This document shows, one piece after another, positions 63,575 to 64,000 of a DNA stretch of 64,000 bases. This stretch comes from Sphagnum compactum (lineage: Eukaryota): NCBI GenBank assembly GCA_965153455.1, contig OZ234493.1, positions 27,146,213 through 27,210,212 of the forward strand, read 5' to 3'. Below the pieces are notes generated by a model. That model was not told where the DNA came from. It saw nothing but the letters and a program-made list of their open reading frames with translations, and did not search any database. Positions within the stretch are counted from its first letter, which is position 1; every line of letters begins with the position of its first letter. The translations under genes and the position numbers were made by a program.

Positions 63575-64000
63575 CTCACCAAGAAGGAGAGAGACTAGGT
63601 CACAGACTTACTAATTAAGTATGAGAATGTGTTCGCATTCTTAATGAAAGACTTAGGTAAGTGTAAGAGCAGAAGTTCTCTATAGACCTTATAGATGAGA
63701 CACCCATCTATCGGAGGACGCATAGGTTGAGCAAGCATGAATGGGAACTGGTAGATGAAAGATGCAAAGAGCTCCATGAGGCTGGTCTCATTCAGCCATC
63801 AAGTTCTAATTTCGCAACCGCAACAGTAATGCCAACAAAGAAGGATTCAGCTGGATTATGGACTGAGAAAGGGATGTGCAAGGATTATAGGCTTTTGAAC
63901 CTGGTTACACCTTAGGACAGGTACCCCATGCCCATCCCTAAAGAACTATTTGATAACATTGGAGACTCAAACATCTTCACAATTGTGGATCTGAAGCAAG
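63575..64000 (+). pseudogene. N-terminal part of a Ty3/Gypsy reverse transcriptase (truncated by the window end)
   Basis: LLIKYENVFAF..KDLGKC, FSIDLIDETPIYRRTHRLSKHEWELVDERCKELHEAGLIQPSSSNFATATVMPTKKD....KGMCKDYRLLNLVTP*DRYPMPIPKELFDNIGDSNIFTIVDLKQ matches the Gypsy RT consensus (GxIxPSxS...KKD...RxCxDYRxLN...DxYPxP...FxxxDL). Confidence 0.93.

Larger units (their letters stand above)
57894..64000 (+). mobile_element. Decayed Ty3/Gypsy LTR retrotransposon encoding Gag-protease-DNA methyltransferase-RT; continues beyond the window; 5' boundary tentative
   Basis: Colinear plus-strand domains: zinc knuckles (~60330-60440), DTG protease (~61650), C5-MTase motifs (62310-63240) and Gypsy RT start (63580-64000). 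Sequence switches from very AT-rich to more GC-rich at TGTCATG (57894), with a TATA-like TATAAAAGG at ~58046. LTR end and PBS not identified. Confidence 0.88.

Noticed and set aside
1-64000. tRNA/rRNA/snRNA genes
   Set aside because: No cloverleaf or rRNA-like sequence recognised by eye; small GC-rich islands (~15900-16100, 20217-20285, 21200-21420, 42200-42420) could not be assigned. Infernal/tRNAscan would be needed.

Overview
Eukaryotic, intron-containing plant DNA. Gene style and repeat landscape suggest a bryophyte, plausibly Sphagnum; this is inference, not verified. Four host genes are supported: (1) an SC35-like (SCL) SR splicing factor on the minus strand (7 coding exons, 5683->1803) whose long RRM intron holds a candidate poison exon; (2) the SPRY+RING E3 ligase RKP/KPC1 on the plus strand (12 coding exons, 23752-30233); (3) an intronless F-box gene with an acidic N-terminal tandem repeat (47567-49225); (4) a two-exon type-II-membrane GT23/FUT8-NodZ-like fucosyltransferase (51792-53780). 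The AT-rich intergenic DNA contains MITE-like elements, minisatellites, a decayed pogo transposase and a decayed Ty1/Copia pol. The standout is a decayed Ty3/Gypsy retrotransposon at the right end (~57.9 kb to window end). Its polyprotein reads Gag with two zinc knuckles, then aspartic protease, then a DNMT3-like C5 cytosine DNA methyltransferase domain (motifs I, II, IV, VI, VIII, IX, X in order), then reverse transcriptase. This is a retroelement carrying its own DNA methyltransferase, in what looks like a land-plant genome.
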